NCBI GenBank assembly: GCA_020536535.1 | Contig: JAHLWZ010000644.1 | Span: 17,917 to 81,916, forward strand | Reading direction: 5' to 3' | Source of the DNA: Pelomyxa schiedti | Taxonomy: Eukaryota > Protista > Evosea | Length of the DNA stretch: 64,000 nucleotides | Shown here: piece after piece, positions 61,529 to 64,000 of the stretch | Numbering within the stretch: position 1 is the first letter of the stretch | How the letters are laid out: each line of letters begins with the position of its first letter | Made by a program: the position numbers and the translations under genes | The notes under the pieces: generated by a model | What the model was told of the DNA's origin: nothing | The model's database searches: none | Seen by the model: only the letters and a program-made list of their open reading frames with translations

Positions 61529-64000
61529 GACCGCAAAGGCGTGTCCCCCCTCCGTCGACATCGCACACAAGCGCGCAAACCCCACGGACATCGTCACTCG
61601 ATGGTGGCGACGTTCCAGCGGAGGTGACGCGTTTCATCAGCGAGTGCGGAAATCTCTGCAGCAACGCAACAAACAAGGAGTCCACTACCTCTGCTTGAGA
61701 GGATCGGCATCATCTTCAACCAGTACTCACACATCAAGAGCCACCATCCCACCTTCAAAGATGCGGTGAAGCCTTTGGCGTTGGAGGTGGACGGTTTGTG
61801 CCGTTCTGCTCGCCAACAAGTAGCGTCACCCATCGTCAACCCAACACCAATCCCGGCATCTCCAGCAAAGGAAGTTCCTCTTCCCAATGACGACGCACCG
61901 CTAACTCCTCGCGATGAGCAACAACAGGACCCTTTCACTCTTTCGGGAGATGAACCTAAGGGTCCCACTACCTCGACAATTACCAGTACTTCCACATCCT
62001 CTACACCAGACCACACCCCTCTCATGCCAACCATACCATCGGTATCGGTCACAACGAGGAGGGGTAGGAAAACAGCACAACCTCTTCCGAAAATCCCTGG
62101 GCAAACCCTAGAAGGGATATTAAGGAATGGAATCCATCGAGCTCCAGACCCATACATCCACCTCATTGCACGCCCANNNNNNNNNNNNNNNNNNNNNNNN
62201 NNNNNNNNNNNNNNNNNNNNNNNNNNNNNNNNNNNNNNNNNNNNNNNNNNNNNNNNNNNNNNNNNNNNNNNNNNNNGAGGAGGGGTAGGAAAACAGCACA
62301 ACCTCTTCCGAAAATCCCTGGGCAAACCCTAGAAGGGATATTAAGGAATGGAATCCATCGAGCTCCAGACCCATACATCCACCTCATTGCACGCCCACCA
62401 CCTGGGCTCCTTGGAGACTACCTCAGCTCCGTTCGGGCTAAGCTAGTGGTAGCCATCGAGCAGACCCTGCAAAAGAAAATCCAATCCCTGAGCTATCTGA
62501 ATGGAAAGTATCGCCTCAACTTCCTCCCTACACAAACACCAGCAGACAAATCAATCTCGGTACTGGTAGAAGGGTACCGATACGATTTTGTAACAACAAC
62601 AAAGACCTTGATGGTCCGCATGGCAGTCGTCCCCTCTGGGGATGACGACGAAGCTGTGCTGGCCCAGGTTGTCCCCTACATGGGGGACTGTGGGCCATTA
62701 ACCCAGGTCTTAATCCCAAACTCACCTACGAGTAGCAGTCAATGGGACATGCCATTCTACACCATTTCCCCTGAAGGCTCAGTCCTCCTCCTTACAGATA
62801 GCATACACTTTACCCCAAGTGCACCACAAGAAAAAGGAAAGATCACGTGGCGAATCCTTGGATACCACATGTGCGATAGGTGTGGTGCCCAAAACCACGA
62901 TGTCAATCTTTGCCCTTTCACCTCAGCTGAACAGCGCATGCAGCTGGCTGCCTCGTCGAAGCAGAGAAGCCGCCAAAGGAAGCGACACCACCCTCCACCG
63001 ACCACTATTACACCTCCCGACCATGACTAGTCTAAAGGTTTTAACGTGGAATGTGAGGGGGCTGGCAGCAGCAACACACCAAAAAATCACCAACATAACA
63101 AAACTCATAAACACCCTCAACCCACACATCATCATACTCACAGAGACCCACTCCACCGAAACAGCAAATTACAATATCAACCAGATAAACCGCAAGTTCT
63201 GGTGGTTCACCAGTGGACACTCCACTTCAGATGGAGTGGCGATTCGTGTAAACCCATCACTCAACCCCAACAACCAAGTCTCTTTGATATGGGACGTCTG
63301 GCAAAGGTTCAAGTAACCTGGAACAATACACCCTTGGAAATACTAGGAGTGTATGCTCCCTACGTCGGACACACAGATGCCTTGGACTTTTGGGAGAAAG
63401 CCAAGGATCTCTACACACCAAGTTACACAGCAATTCTAGCTGGGGACTACAATGTCCCCATTTTCAAGCCTCAGCACCCCGCTTTTGAGAGATCAGCAAC
63501 ACTGAGGGACTCACTGAAGACTACACTGGAAGAGTGGGATTTGCTTGTAGTTGAATCTCGGGCTCCAACCCACTTCCAGAATGGTTCTAGTTATACCCTA
63601 GATCATGTAGCTACCTCGAACGCATGCACTTTGATCCCCCAGGTATCAGTATGGCAATCGGAGGTGTCCGATCACCTGCCAGTCCTATTAACCCTCTCAA
63701 ACACACCTAAGACCAAATGGTCCCACAACAAACCACCAAGATGGGCTTTTGAACACCCATCTTTCAAAATCAATCTAAGCCGATTGATCCCCGCTTCATT
63801 CCCCAGGCACCCTGTGGCAGCTTGGCAGCTATACAAGCAACTGCTGGTTAAAGCTGCATGGCAGACCATGGCAACCCATGAAGAATCAACCTCAACTGAC
63901 CTCTTATCTACATTACACAAGCTCCGCACAGCATCGCCGGCTGAGGCGATTGCTCTGCTAGAAGGGAGCCCAGAAGTGGCTTCCCTTTTCGAAGTCGTCC
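61529..64000 (+). mobile_element. Non-LTR retrotransposon, copy 2 (5'-truncated, frameshifted, runs off window)
   Basis: Homologous to 40057 onward; ORF1 CCHC knuckle; ORF2 APE domain with AGDYN, PTHF, TLDHV and SDHLPV motifs; 11-nt deletion near 61690 and 1-nt deletion near 63290. Confidence 0.9.

Noticed and set aside
62056-62397. Exact direct repeat of about 120 nt on both sides of the N-gap
   Set aside because: Identical sequence flanking a scaffold gap is most likely contig-end overlap, not a real duplication.

Overview
Gene-dense, intron-rich eukaryotic DNA: most introns are about 40-60 nt with very loose GT donors, and there are three 100-N scaffold gaps. Gene content (Rab7, ERGIC3, WDR43/UTP5, HPRT, a synapsin-like ATP-grasp protein, an O2-sensitive glycyl-radical system) points to an anaerobic protist; an archamoeba such as Pelomyxa is my inference, not something I verified. 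About 25 genes, one tRNA-Arg(TCG), two decayed copies of an L1/Tx1-like non-LTR retrotransposon and several gene relics are visible. Three things stand out. (1) An 11-exon, about 1123-aa gene at 31557-35417 fuses a radical-SAM glycyl-radical activating enzyme to a HypD-like glycyl radical enzyme whose substrate pocket appears altered; the fusion junction lies inside one exon. (2) A bacterial-type VIT-vWA-TPR-YfaP/DUF2135 gene at 50219-56749 carries an in-frame, intron-containing piece of actin (roughly residues 1-72, including the D-loop) inside a low-complexity insert. (3) A predicted myristoylated LRR array built one repeat per phase-1 exon lies directly upstream of an intact SAM-caspase gene and may be spliced to it (1464-5423). 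All gene models were spliced by hand and all family calls come from motif recognition, not database searches.
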